Positions 21,531 to 34,044 are shown, counted from the whole stretch's first letter. The stretch is DNA of 63,293 bases, filler included, from Stramenopiles sp. TOSAG23-3 (GCA_900128585.1; 15 parts of 15 records of this genome joined end to end with filler, not necessarily neighbours in it); one strand, 5' to 3'. Notes: generated by a model not told the origin, from the sequence alone. Numbers and translations: made by a program.

Positions 21531-24500
21531 ACCTACTCTTTGCCAAAGAAGTAGGGTTGTTGGCGACATTCATCGCTACGGGTAATGAAGTAAAAGCCGA
21601 AGAAGCGAACGATGCTTTGAATACCATGGCAAGTATCATTGAAACGTGCAAGTGTATACAAATACATTTACAGCATTTCGATGCAAGAGGCGTGAACACG
21701 ACTTTCAACGACGCTAAAACAAAATTAAAAAGTGTTTGTGATGATCTTCGACGTTTTTTAGAGGAATTTAAGTTACTGGATGCAAAGTATGGGCCAAAAA
21801 ATGCACAGGATGAAACGAAGAACCACACAGGATATTCCGAGGCAAAAGAAGGGGACCGTGCGAAACCTGATACAAGCGCCTCCGTCGCCGGTACAACCGT
21901 AGATACCATCGCAACAATTGGTGCGAACGCGGTATCCAACGAGGCGGAGAAAGAACTTGACAAAATCAGTGGGACAATATCATTGGCAGCAAACATAGCG
22001 ATGAAAATTCACATAGTCGCTCTTGAAATTGCAAGTCATTTACGAATCGTGGGCAACAGTATTGACATGGTCCTTGGAAAATTGCAATTAGCACACACAG
22101 GCGCGCAGGTGGCGCACGATCATTTGAACGATTCCATCTCGTTCGTTACAAAAGCTTCTACCCGCCTCGAAAATGTATTGAAACAAGGGGTGAAAGTAAA
22201 AGAGAGCAAACTTTCGAACTTGACCATTGCGTTGGAAGAATCGCAGGAAGAGGTACTCGAACACATTGAAATAGCATTCAAACAAATTGGCGTTTCAATA
22301 AATAAATTGGCTGAAGATACGGCAACTAGCTCAGTGGGACAATTTTATGGCATTTTAAATCAAGCCTCTAACATTTTAAACCCTTTGCTTGAAAAAGCTA
22401 AGGAATGGATGGAAAAGAAGGATGATGAAGAAGGGGTGGACAGAATCCTTGCAAGTTTAACCGACGCCTCTACTAACCAATTGGTGTCATTAAAAGAAGT
22501 GTGCAAAGCGTACGCAGAAACAAGTGCCAAGAAGCTGGAAGCCAATGCGATTCAGATGGCAGATGGTGCCGCAGCTGAAGCCATGGCATCCGCTGGAATA
22601 TCTAGTGAAACAGCGCATGCTGTGATTGATGAGGCAAAGAAAATGGCAACATTTGCGTTTCGCGGTGCAAAACAAATGCTTGACGGTGAAAAGTGGCGTT
22701 GTCGAGAACAGGCAGCATGGTTTACATTGCGTTTTCAAGAGCGCCTCCGTGACGAAAATCGAAAAGACGCAGCGGTAGTGGAAAATGATGTCCAGCAAAT
22801 GGTTGTGCGACGACGTGCTTTAGAATCTTCAAAAGGCATTCAAGCATTATTTAAAAACCCTGACGCTGCTATGCAAGTGCAAAAGGCCCTGGAAGCGAAG
22901 TGGGAAGACGAAAAAGATCGGGTGGAGCGTGAGTTGAAGGAATGCCAAAACGAATTAGATGCTATATTGGAGGAGTACCAAGAAGCTTTGAAAGATGAAG
23001 CTTTGAACGGAGGTGTTCGTGACGATAATATGCCGGAGGGGTTGGAGTTAGAAGAGGTCGACGATGACGACGGTGTAAGTACGGTTAACAATGGGAAAAA
23101 AACAGAATTAGCACAAAATGGAAAAATTCAAGGCAAGCATGCTGCAAAGAAAGCCCCAGCGTCAACGGGAACGGCTGTGGTGAGTGCTTTGCCTAGAACA
23201 AAAAAGAAAAAGCGAAAAAACAAACGATCCTCCGTTGAAATCAAAGCCGAATACGATGCAAAAAAAGGAAAATTGAAAGTCAAGTTAAACAATTGCGGGG
23301 ACGTGTCGTCGCAGTTAGGTGTTGTGCTCGACTTTTTAGACGGAATGCAAAATACACTGTACAAGATGGATGCCAAACTTGATAAAATACAAGACACATT
23401 AAACGATGTGCAAAGCGATGTAAAACGTTTGCTTGGACGTTCAATGAAGGAAGCGATAACGTACCATAAAACGCACGAAGCGAAGAGGCGCGAGACACTG
23501 CGGCGTGCAGTGTACGTCCCAATCAAGTGTTGGACGAAGGGCGATTGGGACCCTGACGGGTCGTTTCGTATTAAGTCCAGCAAGGACAAGGAAAAGGATA
23601 CGAAAGACTTGATGAAAGAGGTGGAAAACTTTTTGACAAATAGTGACAAATCTGTCATGTTAATTCACGGCTGGGCAGGGGCGGGAAAGTCAACGTTTGC
23701 TTCTCGTTTGATCAACAAATTATGGGAAAAGTACGAATCGAAAACAGACCAATCACAATTTCTCCCACTGCTTTGCAACCTCCCTGCGTTGAAAAACCCG
23801 CTCACATCGTTGGTGGACAACGTTCTGCAGCAAGTCTTTGGCAGAATTGGCGAGCCTCAAATGAGCAAGTTTCGAGAGGAGGTCCAAAGCGGCACACACT
23901 TGCCTCTGTTTGTGCTGGATGGTTACGATGAGCTCCGCCGAGAATTGTTCGGGTGCAATTTGTATGACACGAACGATTTGGAGCAGTATCGCAAGATGAC
24001 GGAAGATGATGCACAGACACCACATCTTCCCAAGGTGATATACTTATGTAGAACAGAGTTTATTGCGTCAAGTCCTAAAACTTACCATGATTGGTTTTCT
24101 CCAATCGTGACGGACGACTCTTCCGATGCAAAAAAGTGGTTGACGGAACGATTTATTGCACCGTTTGATACAAGCCAAAGAGAAGAATATTTCGCGTCAC
24201 GGGTGACGCGGAATTTCGCCAACATAGTGTGCGAGACATTGAGTTTGGATGTGAAACATTTGCAAATGGTGAACGGTGGAAGTGAACAGGAACAAGAAGA
24301 TGGCAGCAATGGCGATATCTCCGACTTCCAAGGAGGATATGAATCGCTTGAAGAACAAAATTTGCTGGAGTTTGTGGGGTGTTCAAATATCGAACGCGTC
24401 GAAAATATTCGAAACAAGTACGACCCGATCCCTAACGATACAAACGAGCCCTCCCCTGACGTCATAGACTTGCATACAAAACAAAGGGGATTCATTGTAT

Positions 24501-26797
24501 CGATTCTGTTTGCCACGTTACACATTAACGGCCTGAGTCAATCCCAAGAAGATCTGCATAAAGTATGGGCCCGAGTGAAAGACCTTGCGTTGAAAGGAGA
24601 AAGTTCGGTATGGCCTGTCATGGAATTTATCGAGGCGTTCAAGGACATGCCTGAATTAACGAACTTAACACATACCCCATTCATGCTGAAAATTTGCACC
24701 GATGTGATTGATCAGCTACGCGCCATGAAAACGACACCAGCGCTGATAAAAAAACGCGTGATTCTTGCGGATAAGGAGGGGTCTAAACCAGCAGCGATGG
24801 GGAATGGCAACCACAACGGTGGGACAACGATGCATCACGGGCCGGAAGACATTAAGACGCAGCAAACGTCGAATGATCTGTGGAAACGTATCAAAGATTC
24901 GGGAGTGCTCAAACTAGAAGTGTTGAAACGGGTTCAAGAATGGATTGAGAAGGGTTCCGACGATCGAGTTAAGCCTGTGCAATTGGATCCTGACATGATT
25001 CCCGTATTACGTCGTACGCCCATTGACCGTTACCATATTTACCAAACATTTATCCAGCACTATATTCTGAGCGAATGTAGTCGAAAACAGTCGGAGGCAA
25101 TATCTGCAATTGAGCTAGAGACGGAAGCACATGAATTTGCAACGCAAATGGCGCTAGAAATGACGATAGAGAATGTGTCAAAAGTGGAATACGAGCAAGG
25201 CATTCATCGTTTTCGGGGGGATACGCGGTGGGATAAGTTCTTGGGCAGTCATGACGTGGCGCTGGAAGATATTCGACGTGTTGCTCCCGTGCAAAGGAGC
25301 AACGGTGTGTATTCATTTATTCATAAAAGTGTTCAAGAATTTTTGACTGCATCTAAAGTGGTAAAAGAAGTCACATACGAATGTCGAGCTACGCTGATGG
25401 CAGTTGACCAACTCGAAACGTTTGTAAGATTAATTGGCGAAGCACGTCAGAAGGGGGTTTTCAATGCAAATGTTAAAGGCAAGACTCACGAGGAAGTTAT
25501 AGAGGAGATGGCGATAGTCTTGATCAAACTTAAAGCAAGTAAAACGATCAAACTCAAAGCAAGGGGTACACAAAAGAAGCTTCACGGAAGCACAGCGGCG
25601 GCAGATGTACGGAAATGCGAAATAGGTCGTGCATGGGAAGAAAAAATAGAGGAAGACAAAAAAACATCGTTTTTGAAAAGTGGGAAAGCAGAAGAAACCA
25701 TGTCAGGTCAATGCAAGCGAGTGTTTCAAGCGTATGAAGCGTTATCCCCTTCAGCACTCAATCACTTAAATTTGGGTGGTGAGGAAGCGACATCAGACTT
25801 TTTAATTGACTGTCTTTTAGGTGAGGACCAAACGTTTTCCCAAAGCTTGCACATTGCTTCTCAATTGGCATCGACATGTCGCCCTCTTGGGAAACCGAAG
25901 TTAGCAAAACTTCTTGCTAACGTGCGGGATTTGTATTTGACGCCGTTGCCTAAACGACCCGCAGGAGGCGCATTGTTGCATGAAGCAGCTAGACAAGGAA
26001 ATACAAGCATAATTTCAAGGGTCATTGAGTTTTTGAAGATAGATACTACAGGTGGAAATGTACAAGAAAAGGACGCTAAAATAACGGCTTTTTTGGATAT
26101 GCGGGATAATCAAGATCGAACGCCTTTATTCGTTGCAGCGCAAGAGGGGAATATCCAAGCGCTTATGTGCCTTCTGGATGCAGGCGCTAACCCTGATATT
26201 TATGCAACGGCGAAGAAATTGCACGTAGATGTTTGGGGGTCAATCTTAGACCCTAATATAAATGATGAGGACATTAAAAAAGAGAGTATGCATTTGTCGA
26301 AGGCGACCAGCAAGCGCTGGTTTAATTTGAATGATATGACATTTAAGATGCGCAAGAAAGATAGTACCGCAAACGCAGCATTTTGTGGCCTCATAATGGT
26401 TCCCGATCTAAAAGTAAGAATTAAGCAACAAGTAGATGGGCCCATATATCATTACGAAGCCGAAATTGAAGGCGATGCGGTCACTGTGATTGGATGGATG
26501 GAATGCACAGATGGATGGAAAGAGCACATACACAAAATTGCGACTAATAGGAAAAAGAAGGACGAGGCTTATTCATTTGTCGATGAAAATATTCATGGTG
26601 TTTGCTTGAACTTCCCCCCATGTATTAATAATTACAACTTCAAACACGTACATTATGGTACTAGAAAAGAATTTGATAGTTATAGCGAAACTTTCGAAAC
26701 TAAATGGAAAGTGCAGTGTTACATCAATTCCTCTTCTGGTGATTGCGGTTATTCTATATTTAAAAAGATACACAATTCTGAATTCTGGAGAGAGAGA
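21531..26797 (+). CDS. Large STAND/NACHT NTPase (NLR-like): helical/coiled-coil N-terminus, NACHT, winged helix, ankyrin repeats, possible SPRY-like C-terminus; partial at both ends
   Basis: Walker A HGWAGAGKSTF (~23669), Walker B LFVLDGYDE (~23909), KVIYLCRTEF, TPFML, YSFIHKSVQEFLTA (~25310), ankyrin LLHEAARQGN and RTPLFVAAQEGNIQALMCLLDAGANPD. Confidence 0.88.
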
Positions 26798-27034
26798 NNN
26801 NNNNNNNNNNNNNNNNNNNNNNNNNNNNNNNNNNNNNNNNNTTAATTAATTAANNNNNNNNNNNNNNNNNNNNNNNNNNNNNNNNNNNNNNNNNNNNTCT
26901 ATATAATTTGTTTTTTTATTATTGTTCTTATTATGAAAACAAATACATCGCACTCTTCAATTTTTCGTCTTTGCTCCCTCAGGGCTCTAGTTATATATTC
27001 TCTCTGCGTATAAGTTACCGATTGATTTCGTCTA

Positions 27035-27820
27035 TTAGTTAGTTTCTTTTTTTTGAAAATATCGAAGCGTTTCTTTGATGCATTGGAACGATTTCGTTAC
27101 GCTAAAAGTATCCACCCCATCAACGGTTGAACGCAAGCTGCTTTCCATGTCGATCCATACCATCCGATCTTTCGATCCAATTACTGCCATCACACCATTT
27201 AACACTTCGAATACATTCGTCGGTCCAATCCCGCCAGCATAACCACATGGGATGTTGTCTTCGGTGGGGGGCGGAAACGACGATGGCAGGACTCCTTTGC
27301 CGCAACTAGAATCAAACAAAAAGCTAACGTTTTCCGGAAGGTCCCCTTTCATCTGTTCGAGAGGCTCCCACAACGGACGAGTTTCTTCATTGCGCTGAAC
27401 AATCCATTCCACTTCTGGGGCATCCCTTATTGCCTTCAAAAATAATTCCACTGAACCCGACAGGTTCTCCGTATTTACTCCGTTTATTGCAGTGGCGTTT
27501 ACTTGAACTCTACCGAACCCCCTCGAGGCAATTTTTTTGACGAAACTAGCGTCTCCGGACAGGACTGTGTTCACGTGCGAACCGCACAAGTGCCCGGCAA
27601 GCTTCAACACCCCCCCACTGCGTTCCTTCGTTTGGAATAGGGTCTGCAGCCATTCTGGCGATGCATAGCGGGGTTGACCTACCAAGTCCGGGCGAAATAA
27701 AACGCCCCACTCAACGAAAGGGTAGCTGGACGACACCAAAGCCAAGAGTTCTGGATCCACTGAGTCATCAATACCGCAGAGCCCTAACGCTCGTAAATTC
27801 CCTATGGCGGAAGAAGACAT
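27035..27820 (-). CDS. TrpF (phosphoribosylanthranilate isomerase)-like TIM-barrel protein of unknown function
   Basis: CGIDD..FVEWGVLF..PRY, RVQVN, LFDSSCGKG, GYAGGIGPTNV, WIDMESSLR resemble the PRAI-fold phosphate-binding motifs but diverge from canonical TrpF. Confidence 0.7.
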   Translation of the reverse strand: MSSSAIGNLRALGLCGIDDSVDPELLALVSSSYPFVEWGVLFRPDLVGQPRYASPEWLQTLFQTKERSGGVLKLAGHLCGSHVNTVLSGDASFVKKIASRGFGRVQVNATAINGVNTENLSGSVELFLKAIRDAPEVEWIVQRNEETRPLWEPLEQMKGDLPENVSFLFDSSCGKGVLPSSFPPPTEDNIPCGYAGGIGPTNVFEVLNGVMAVIGSKDRMVWIDMESSLRSTVDGVDTFSVTKSFQCIKETLRYFQKKETN

Positions 27821-28318
27821 TCAGTTTTTCTTGCGTTGCGGGGTAAAAAATAAAGAACGTTTTCGTCTCGATTCAATTCGTGATAATCGCCAACACTATT
27901 CTTTCTTTATAATCGTATATTGTTAGTGTTATATACATAATAGTCAGGTTGAACATTGAAAAAGGATAATAAATAATTAATAATAATAATAATTTTTTTC
28001 ATTTTTTTTTTTTTTCTTCTTCTTCTTCTTTCTTCTCTCCCTCCTCTTCTCTTCTCCTCCTCCCCTCTCTTCTTTCTTCGTCCCATCTCCTCATCATCAT
28101 CATCCATCATCATCATCATCTTTTATAATCATCATCCCCCCCGTTTTCTCGATGAAAACCTATAAACAACAACATTAATTTAGCACAAATCGTAGTTGTT
28201 AATATATATTGCACAACAAAACAACTACGTTCCTGGAATACATTGATTGAGATAAATATAGGTACATCGATAGATAGATTAGAAAGTCGGTTTGCCCCAT
28301 TCCTTCGCGTACACCGGG

Positions 28319-29782
28319 ATGGCAACCAGGAGAAGAGTTGCTTCAGCAAGTAATGGGTCGTCTCGTCACGGAAGCGGCGGGTATGTTGAGAAGGAGGACA
28401 AGGGAAAACGTGGGTTCCTGGGCTCTCTGCGCCATCGTGTTTTTGGACGGGGTTATAGTAAAGGTTGGTGTTGTGGAATCTTTGTGCTGAGTGCATTGGT
28501 TTGGATACCTGTCGGGGTCTTGGTTCATATGTTAGGGGAGAGGCTGCCGCGCTCGGCTGGCGGTGGCGTCACGGGGCAAGAGCTGAGGTATTTGAAAACC
28601 GCCCGGGGGTGCACGTTGGACAACTGCATCGACTGGTCTAAATGCAGGAATTCAACGTCCTTTTACATATACGGGGAAAGCGAAGGAAACATAGAGTCGG
28701 CGGTGTCGCGACATTTTGGTAGCAGGCGGGAAATATACCGCTTCGTGAATAAAATCGAGCGCACGTTGCGCACGTCTCCTTTCATAAACGTGGTCGACGA
28801 CCCGGCGAAAGCTTGCTTTTTTGTACCCCGCCTGGCATGCCTTAGTGTGGGCAAGTGCGACCTTTACGAAGGGTTTGCGGAAGCACGCTTGAAGGCGCTG
28901 CCGCACTGGAACCAGGGGCGAAACCACGTGCTGGTCGATTACGCTGACGATAGGTTTGCAAAAATTTATGGAGCCGGTGCAGAAATTCACATTCGGAGCG
29001 CTAGCTCGGTCCAGTATTTTCGGGAGAACTTTGATGTGGGCGTCCCGCTGCGCGCGAAGATGTCACTGTACAGTCGGGTCGTTAAGAGCGAAGGGAAACC
29101 GTCAGGCGAGAGGCCGTACTTGCTATCGTTCCGGGGCTCGTTAACAGACGAGTCGACGTCGTTTATTAGTGGAACTGCCATGTTTACAAGGGGCGGGGCC
29201 GCGGCGTCGACGCACACCCATTTGAGGCGCCAGCTCGCGTCGTTGCACAATGGGGAGGACATCCTTATTCAGGTGAAGCACTTGGACCGTTCCCGGTTGA
29301 AGGACGACAACTACTGGCGCGACTACGGAACGCTTTTGCTAAATTCCAAGTTCCAGCTAGTGCCACGCGGGAAAGGGCTGCACTCGCACAGATTTTTGGA
29401 ATCATTGGCGGCCGGCTCCATCCCAGTCGTTCTTGCCGATGGGATCGTACTCCCGTTTGCAGGCATGATAGATTGGCGAAAGGCTGCAATTCAAATTCCA
29501 GAGGCGGAGTGGGAACGGATCCCGACCATTCTAAGGTCGTTGCCAGAACAGAAAGTGCAGGAAATGCAGTGCAACTGCCTGTTCATATACAGGAATTTCT
29601 TTATGCGGCCCGGGGGAAGTCTAGAGATAGCGTTCCGAACCCTGCAAAAGCGGATAGCCGAGCACCCCAATTTTGAAGGCAATGAGGCCATCCCTAGCGT
29701 GTTGCGGGACTGGCCGCCGGAAGAAGTGAACGGCGTGCCCCCCCCGGCGAAGATTGACTTTTGCGAGAATCGGGAACAGTAA
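28319..29782 (+). CDS. Exostosin family glycosyltransferase (GT47), type II membrane protein
   Basis: N-terminal TM anchor; DPAKACFFVP, LPHWNQGRNHV, YLLSFRG, SKFQLVPRG...HRFLESLAAGSIPVVL...LPF..IDW. Confidence 0.93.
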   Translation: MATRRRVASASNGSSRHGSGGYVEKEDKGKRGFLGSLRHRVFGRGYSKGWCCGIFVLSALVWIPVGVLVHMLGERLPRSAGGGVTGQELRYLKTARGCTLDNCIDWSKCRNSTSFYIYGESEGNIESAVSRHFGSRREIYRFVNKIERTLRTSPFINVVDDPAKACFFVPRLACLSVGKCDLYEGFAEARLKALPHWNQGRNHVLVDYADDRFAKIYGAGAEIHIRSASSVQYFRENFDVGVPLRAKMSLYSRVVKSEGKPSGERPYLLSFRGSLTDESTSFISGTAMFTRGGAAASTHTHLRRQLASLHNGEDILIQVKHLDRSRLKDDNYWRDYGTLLLNSKFQLVPRGKGLHSHRFLESLAAGSIPVVLADGIVLPFAGMIDWRKAAIQIPEAEWERIPTILRSLPEQKVQEMQCNCLFIYRNFFMRPGGSLEIAFRTLQKRIAEHPNFEGNEAIPSVLRDWPPEEVNGVPPPAKIDFCENREQ

Positions 29783-30195
29783 ATGGGGGATGGAAGTTGT
29801 TTTAAAAACAAATAATGGCTGTTCTTTAGAAAAAACAAATTATATAGTTCTTTAGATATTACCTAAAAAGTTATATGACTACTTCTCGTGATATTTCCAA
29901 TCCATCCCTCCTTGCCACATGTACTTTGTTTTTGTCCACAGTATAAAGTTTTACTTCCTTCCTATAAATTAACTTACTGTGATTTGTTTCTGCTCCTGTG
30001 TTTTTCTTGATTGTTTTGTTTTCAACCCCGGCTCTTGTTATTTTATCGTTCCTTTGCGCAGAATATGAGTTTAAATCACCCGCAAGAACTATTTGGTTTT
30101 CAAAAGGCTGGACTAGATGCACGCACCACACTGGCACTCTCGTTCCTCCTTTTACACTCTACACTCTTGCGTGGGCGCCACGTGGACCGGGTGTT

Positions 30196-31539
30196 TCACT
30201 GGAATTCTTGGTGCATTCTTCTGATCTGTTCGCCATCCCCGCTGGATGCGGCAACCATCAGCATAAAGTGCCCTGGCAGGTACTGGTCCTCCATGCCCTG
30301 AAATACAAAGGCTTGAAAAATATCCCCCGCTTCCGGTGTATCGAGGCATATATCTTCCAGCTCATCAAATATTCGGGCAAACCCAATGATGAATTGGTCT
30401 TCCGAAATGGCCCCCATGTCGCTCAAGTACTTGAACAGCTTCGATATCAAGTTTTGTTCGTATTTCGTCTTCGACATGGAGAAGATTACGGCACGCTTTA
30501 CTACTTCATGATAAAACCACTTTGCGTCCAGCGCCAGGATTGACTTTCCCGTCTCCACCACGTCCGACGCAGTAAAGTACTCGGAGAGTAGCATCTTGAT
30601 CTCCTTCTTCAGCTCATCGGATAACCGCCCATCGCCAGGGCCCCACCCCGTGCTAATCCTTGCAGACGCATGCTTGACGCTCAAGAGAACGCGCGCCTGG
30701 GTGATTATGTCCCCGCCTAGCTTCATTACATCCTTGTCGACCAGGAATTTTGGTGTTAAAATCTCATCCACGACGGCGCGCGCGACGAACGCGGCCAATA
30801 TTCTCTCCGCGTTTGGCACGTCGATGAGCAAATCGTCGCTCACTTCAAACAGGCGCTCAAACCCTTTCCCGATCTGGTCGGTGGTCAGCACCTGGTTGCC
30901 GTACAGGAACGACAACAGGCGCGACGCTGCTTCCTTGCCACGGTCCTTGAGGTCCATCGCCATGGTGATCGTCCGTTTCAAAAACTCGTAGTGGTATTGG
31001 GGAGCACTTGTTTCGAAAAGATGCCGCTCTACCTCTTCCATGTCCTGGCTTACGTAGTACTCGCGAAGGACGGGAATAATGATTTTCTTGAACTCTGGGA
31101 GCGTCAGCTCCGATGCGTTTTCACTGAACAGGTTGCGTTCCTTCAAGTAACTGGCGCGTGCAGGGGACGAGGACAGTTTCTTCGTCTTGTCCCGGCCGTA
31201 CCCGTGAGTCCCCAGATCCCCCGAACCAACGTAAAAACCGCCGTGTTCTTCCTCTTGGCTGTCGTAGTTTGGGTCCCCCTTGTCGAGCACGGTCGTGTAG
31301 TCCATCTCGTCGCCAGGTTTTCCCCATCGAACCTTATCGCCGCCGTAGGACTTCTTCTTCGAAGCCTTCGTGGACGGCTGGAACGACGCCAGCGGTTTCG
31401 AACGTTTTCCGACCCGGTCCTTTCGCAATATTTTGTTCGCCGTCGCCTTGGTCTTGTCCGCTGTAGACCATTTCTTCTTTCCAGCGTCGTCGGTCTTGGT
31501 CCATATGTTGTTGTAGGAACCGGTGGAAAGGGACGCCAT
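30196..31539 (-). CDS. PDCD4: Programmed cell death 4-like protein with two MA3 domains
   Basis: WGKPGDE..LDKGDPNYDS motif, then MA3 repeats (LREYYVSQD..LLIDVPNA..FVARAVVDEIL; LLSEYF..FYHEVVKRA..LDTPEA). Confidence 0.92.
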   Translation of the reverse strand: MASLSTGSYNNIWTKTDDAGKKKWSTADKTKATANKILRKDRVGKRSKPLASFQPSTKASKKKSYGGDKVRWGKPGDEMDYTTVLDKGDPNYDSQEEEHGGFYVGSGDLGTHGYGRDKTKKLSSSPARASYLKERNLFSENASELTLPEFKKIIIPVLREYYVSQDMEEVERHLFETSAPQYHYEFLKRTITMAMDLKDRGKEAASRLLSFLYGNQVLTTDQIGKGFERLFEVSDDLLIDVPNAERILAAFVARAVVDEILTPKFLVDKDVMKLGGDIITQARVLLSVKHASARISTGWGPGDGRLSDELKKEIKMLLSEYFTASDVVETGKSILALDAKWFYHEVVKRAVIFSMSKTKYEQNLISKLFKYLSDMGAISEDQFIIGFARIFDELEDICLDTPEAGDIFQAFVFQGMEDQYLPGHFMLMVAASSGDGEQIRRMHQEFQ

Positions 31540-32039
31540 CGGTGCAAGTATGGAAGGGAAGGAGGGAGGGAGGGAGGGCTGGCTTCCTGATTTGTTTATT
31601 GCACTTGAGTGGGTTCTCTTCCGAACGAGTAAAAGCACTGATTCTGATAAAACCTAAACGTATGTATGTAGAGAAATCGATGCAATAACTGGTTGGTAAT
31701 TAACTTACTGTTCAACTTTATGTCATTAGCAACTTTCTATTTTACATCTATTTTACCTTCTTTAGATAAAAAGTATAATAACGAACAATAATAATAATTT
31801 TTTACATTTGTTGAAGAATGATGATATTTTAATATAGTGAGAGTAGTACCAATTACCGGTAGTTAGTATATTATAACATTAAAATAATAATAAGAAAATA
31901 CCTCTTCTTCCTTCTCCTCTCTCTCCTTGTGCTTCCTATGAATTAAATCTTTTTTTTCTTTTTCTCATATCTTTTCCAAAGTTTTTTTTTTAACTGTGTT
32001 ATAATGGTGTCTTTTTGAGTTGCTTGTTGAAGAAAGAAC

Positions 32040-32156
32040 AAAAGACAAGAAGAAAAAAGAAAGAAGAAGAAGAAGAAGAAGAAGAAGAAGAAGAAGAAGA
32101 AGAAGAAAAAAGAAGAAGAAGAAAAAAGAAGAAGAAGAAAAAAGAAGAAGAAGAAA
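32040..32156 (+). repeat. (GAA)n microsatellite
   Basis: Read directly. Confidence 0.95.
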
Positions 32157-32340
32157 NNNNNNNNNNNNNNNNNNNNNNNNNNNNNNNNNNNNNNNNNNNN
32201 TTAATTAATTAANNNNNNNNNNNNNNNNNNNNNNNNNNNNNNNNNNNNNNNNNNNNTAATAATTGTTGAGAATTGAGATTATAAAAATAAAGTAAAATGA
32301 TGACTGAAAAAAATTACCAACGCCACCGGCGTACGGGAAA

Positions 32341-33210
32341 CTAAATGATAAATAATTCCTCCTCATCGTCTTCTTCAGCCTCTGCGGCCTTTCCTTTCCG
32401 TCCGACAATGCTTGCAAGGTGAACGTTCGGTTTGTCCACTAAACTGATCCCGGCGGCCTCGCTTGCGGCCCCGACGACATCGAGGACTTTGATGCGATCG
32501 ACGGTCTCCAAGTTAAGCAAGGAGACGACGAACTGGGATGGAATCGAATCGAAGTCGGACCCAACGATTTCGCATTTCACGAACCGTTTGTCTTGGTTCA
32601 AGTACCCCCCAAGTTTCAGCCCGGGGCAACGGTCTTCGTCAATGTACGAGACCGGGATGGCGATTTTCGGGGGTTTCACCGCACGGTCCAACCGCTGGTA
32701 ACTCAACGACATGATCTCCCGGTTGACCGGGTGGCGTTGGAAGGACCGGGGGAGCACTGGGATATATTCATCCTCGTCTTCCAGGTGCAACTGGTACGGT
32801 AAGCAAAAAAAGCTGTGGGAGCACAGCCGAAGCTCCTTCTCTATCGCTAAATTGTCTACGGCGTACACCAGCACGTGGTCGTTCTCGTCGCCACCCTCGC
32901 TTTTGCGAAACTTTTTCGGCCGGCGAGAGCCCCCGTACAACACCCCAGGGACTTCCCCGTTCCGGCGGTGCCGGCGGGCGGCGTACTTTCCATCCTCTGT
33001 CCGTCGCTTCACCCGAATGATGCGCTCAGCAAACGGTACGGAAGGGAACACGGCTTCCGAAGATAGCTTCGAATCGTTTTCTTCCCCAGACGTTGAAAAA
33101 AATTGGTGGAGTGGGACACTACTACTACTCTTCGGCCCCAACAAGGACGCCCTTCGAACGGCGAGACGGGCGAGCGAGGCAGACGGGCGAGCGCAAGATG
33201 TTAAAAACAT
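32341..33210 (-). CDS. rplY: Ribosomal protein bL25 (long Ctc/TL5 form) with mitochondrial-type presequence
   Basis: R..GKYAARRHRRNGEVPGVLYG, VLPRSFQRHPV, IPVSYIDEDRCPGLKLGG, IPSQFVVSL; R/S/L/A-rich, acid-free N-terminus. Confidence 0.88.
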   Translation of the reverse strand: MFLTSCARPSASLARLAVRRASLLGPKSSSSVPLHQFFSTSGEENDSKLSSEAVFPSVPFAERIIRVKRRTEDGKYAARRHRRNGEVPGVLYGGSRRPKKFRKSEGGDENDHVLVYAVDNLAIEKELRLCSHSFFCLPYQLHLEDEDEYIPVLPRSFQRHPVNREIMSLSYQRLDRAVKPPKIAIPVSYIDEDRCPGLKLGGYLNQDKRFVKCEIVGSDFDSIPSQFVVSLLNLETVDRIKVLDVVGAASEAAGISLVDKPNVHLASIVGRKGKAAEAEEDDEEELFII

Positions 33211-34044
33211 AGTTACTTTTCACTTGCTACAGAAACAACGACAGACGGAAGGATGGAACGATAAACTTCCTAATTTTAAAATAAATGTCTACTTTTGTTC
33301 CTTCTTCTGTCTGTTGGTACAACATGATATTTTAAATTGCAAAATGTAAAATACAAAATGCAAAATGTAAACTGTAAAATGCAAAAATTGATAATAAATC
33401 TGTAGTAGTATTAAATACTTTTATTTATTATTATTATTTAATTTTTTATTATTAATATTATTTTATTTTATTATTTAATTTATTTTTGATGACAACTGAT
33501 GACGGAGGAGGGAGGAGGACGGAGGAGGAAAAGGCGGAAGGAAGAAGAATAAAAAATAATCGACGGACGGTGATGACGATTGGTGTTGGGAGGCTGCTGT
33601 GTCAATGTGTATTATTGGAATTATGGATGGACGGAGAAAAGAAGAAGAAGAAAGCAAATTTAAAAAATTAAAAATAGGAATTAATAATAGTAATAATAAT
33701 ATATAAATACAATGAGAAGACCTTTTTTTGAAAGAGAAAAAAAAGGAAGAGAAAAGTACCTTCTCTTTCTTCTTTCTTTCTTTCTTTTAGACTAGTTATT
33801 ATTAGTCGTTCTATTACTATTATTTTACACTGTATACTATTAATTAATTAATACAAATAAAATTTCTTTAAAAAAAACCAAACGTTTTGTCTTTTTGTTT
33901 TTTGATGGTTGTTTTTTTCAATTTTATAGACATCGAAGTATAATATAAAGTTGATGAGAAGAGAAGACAATCATTTTTCTTCCTTAGAGCTGTGTATGCT
34001 TCAATAATATCGGTTCACTCATTTTACTTGCATCCGTTCCTAAA

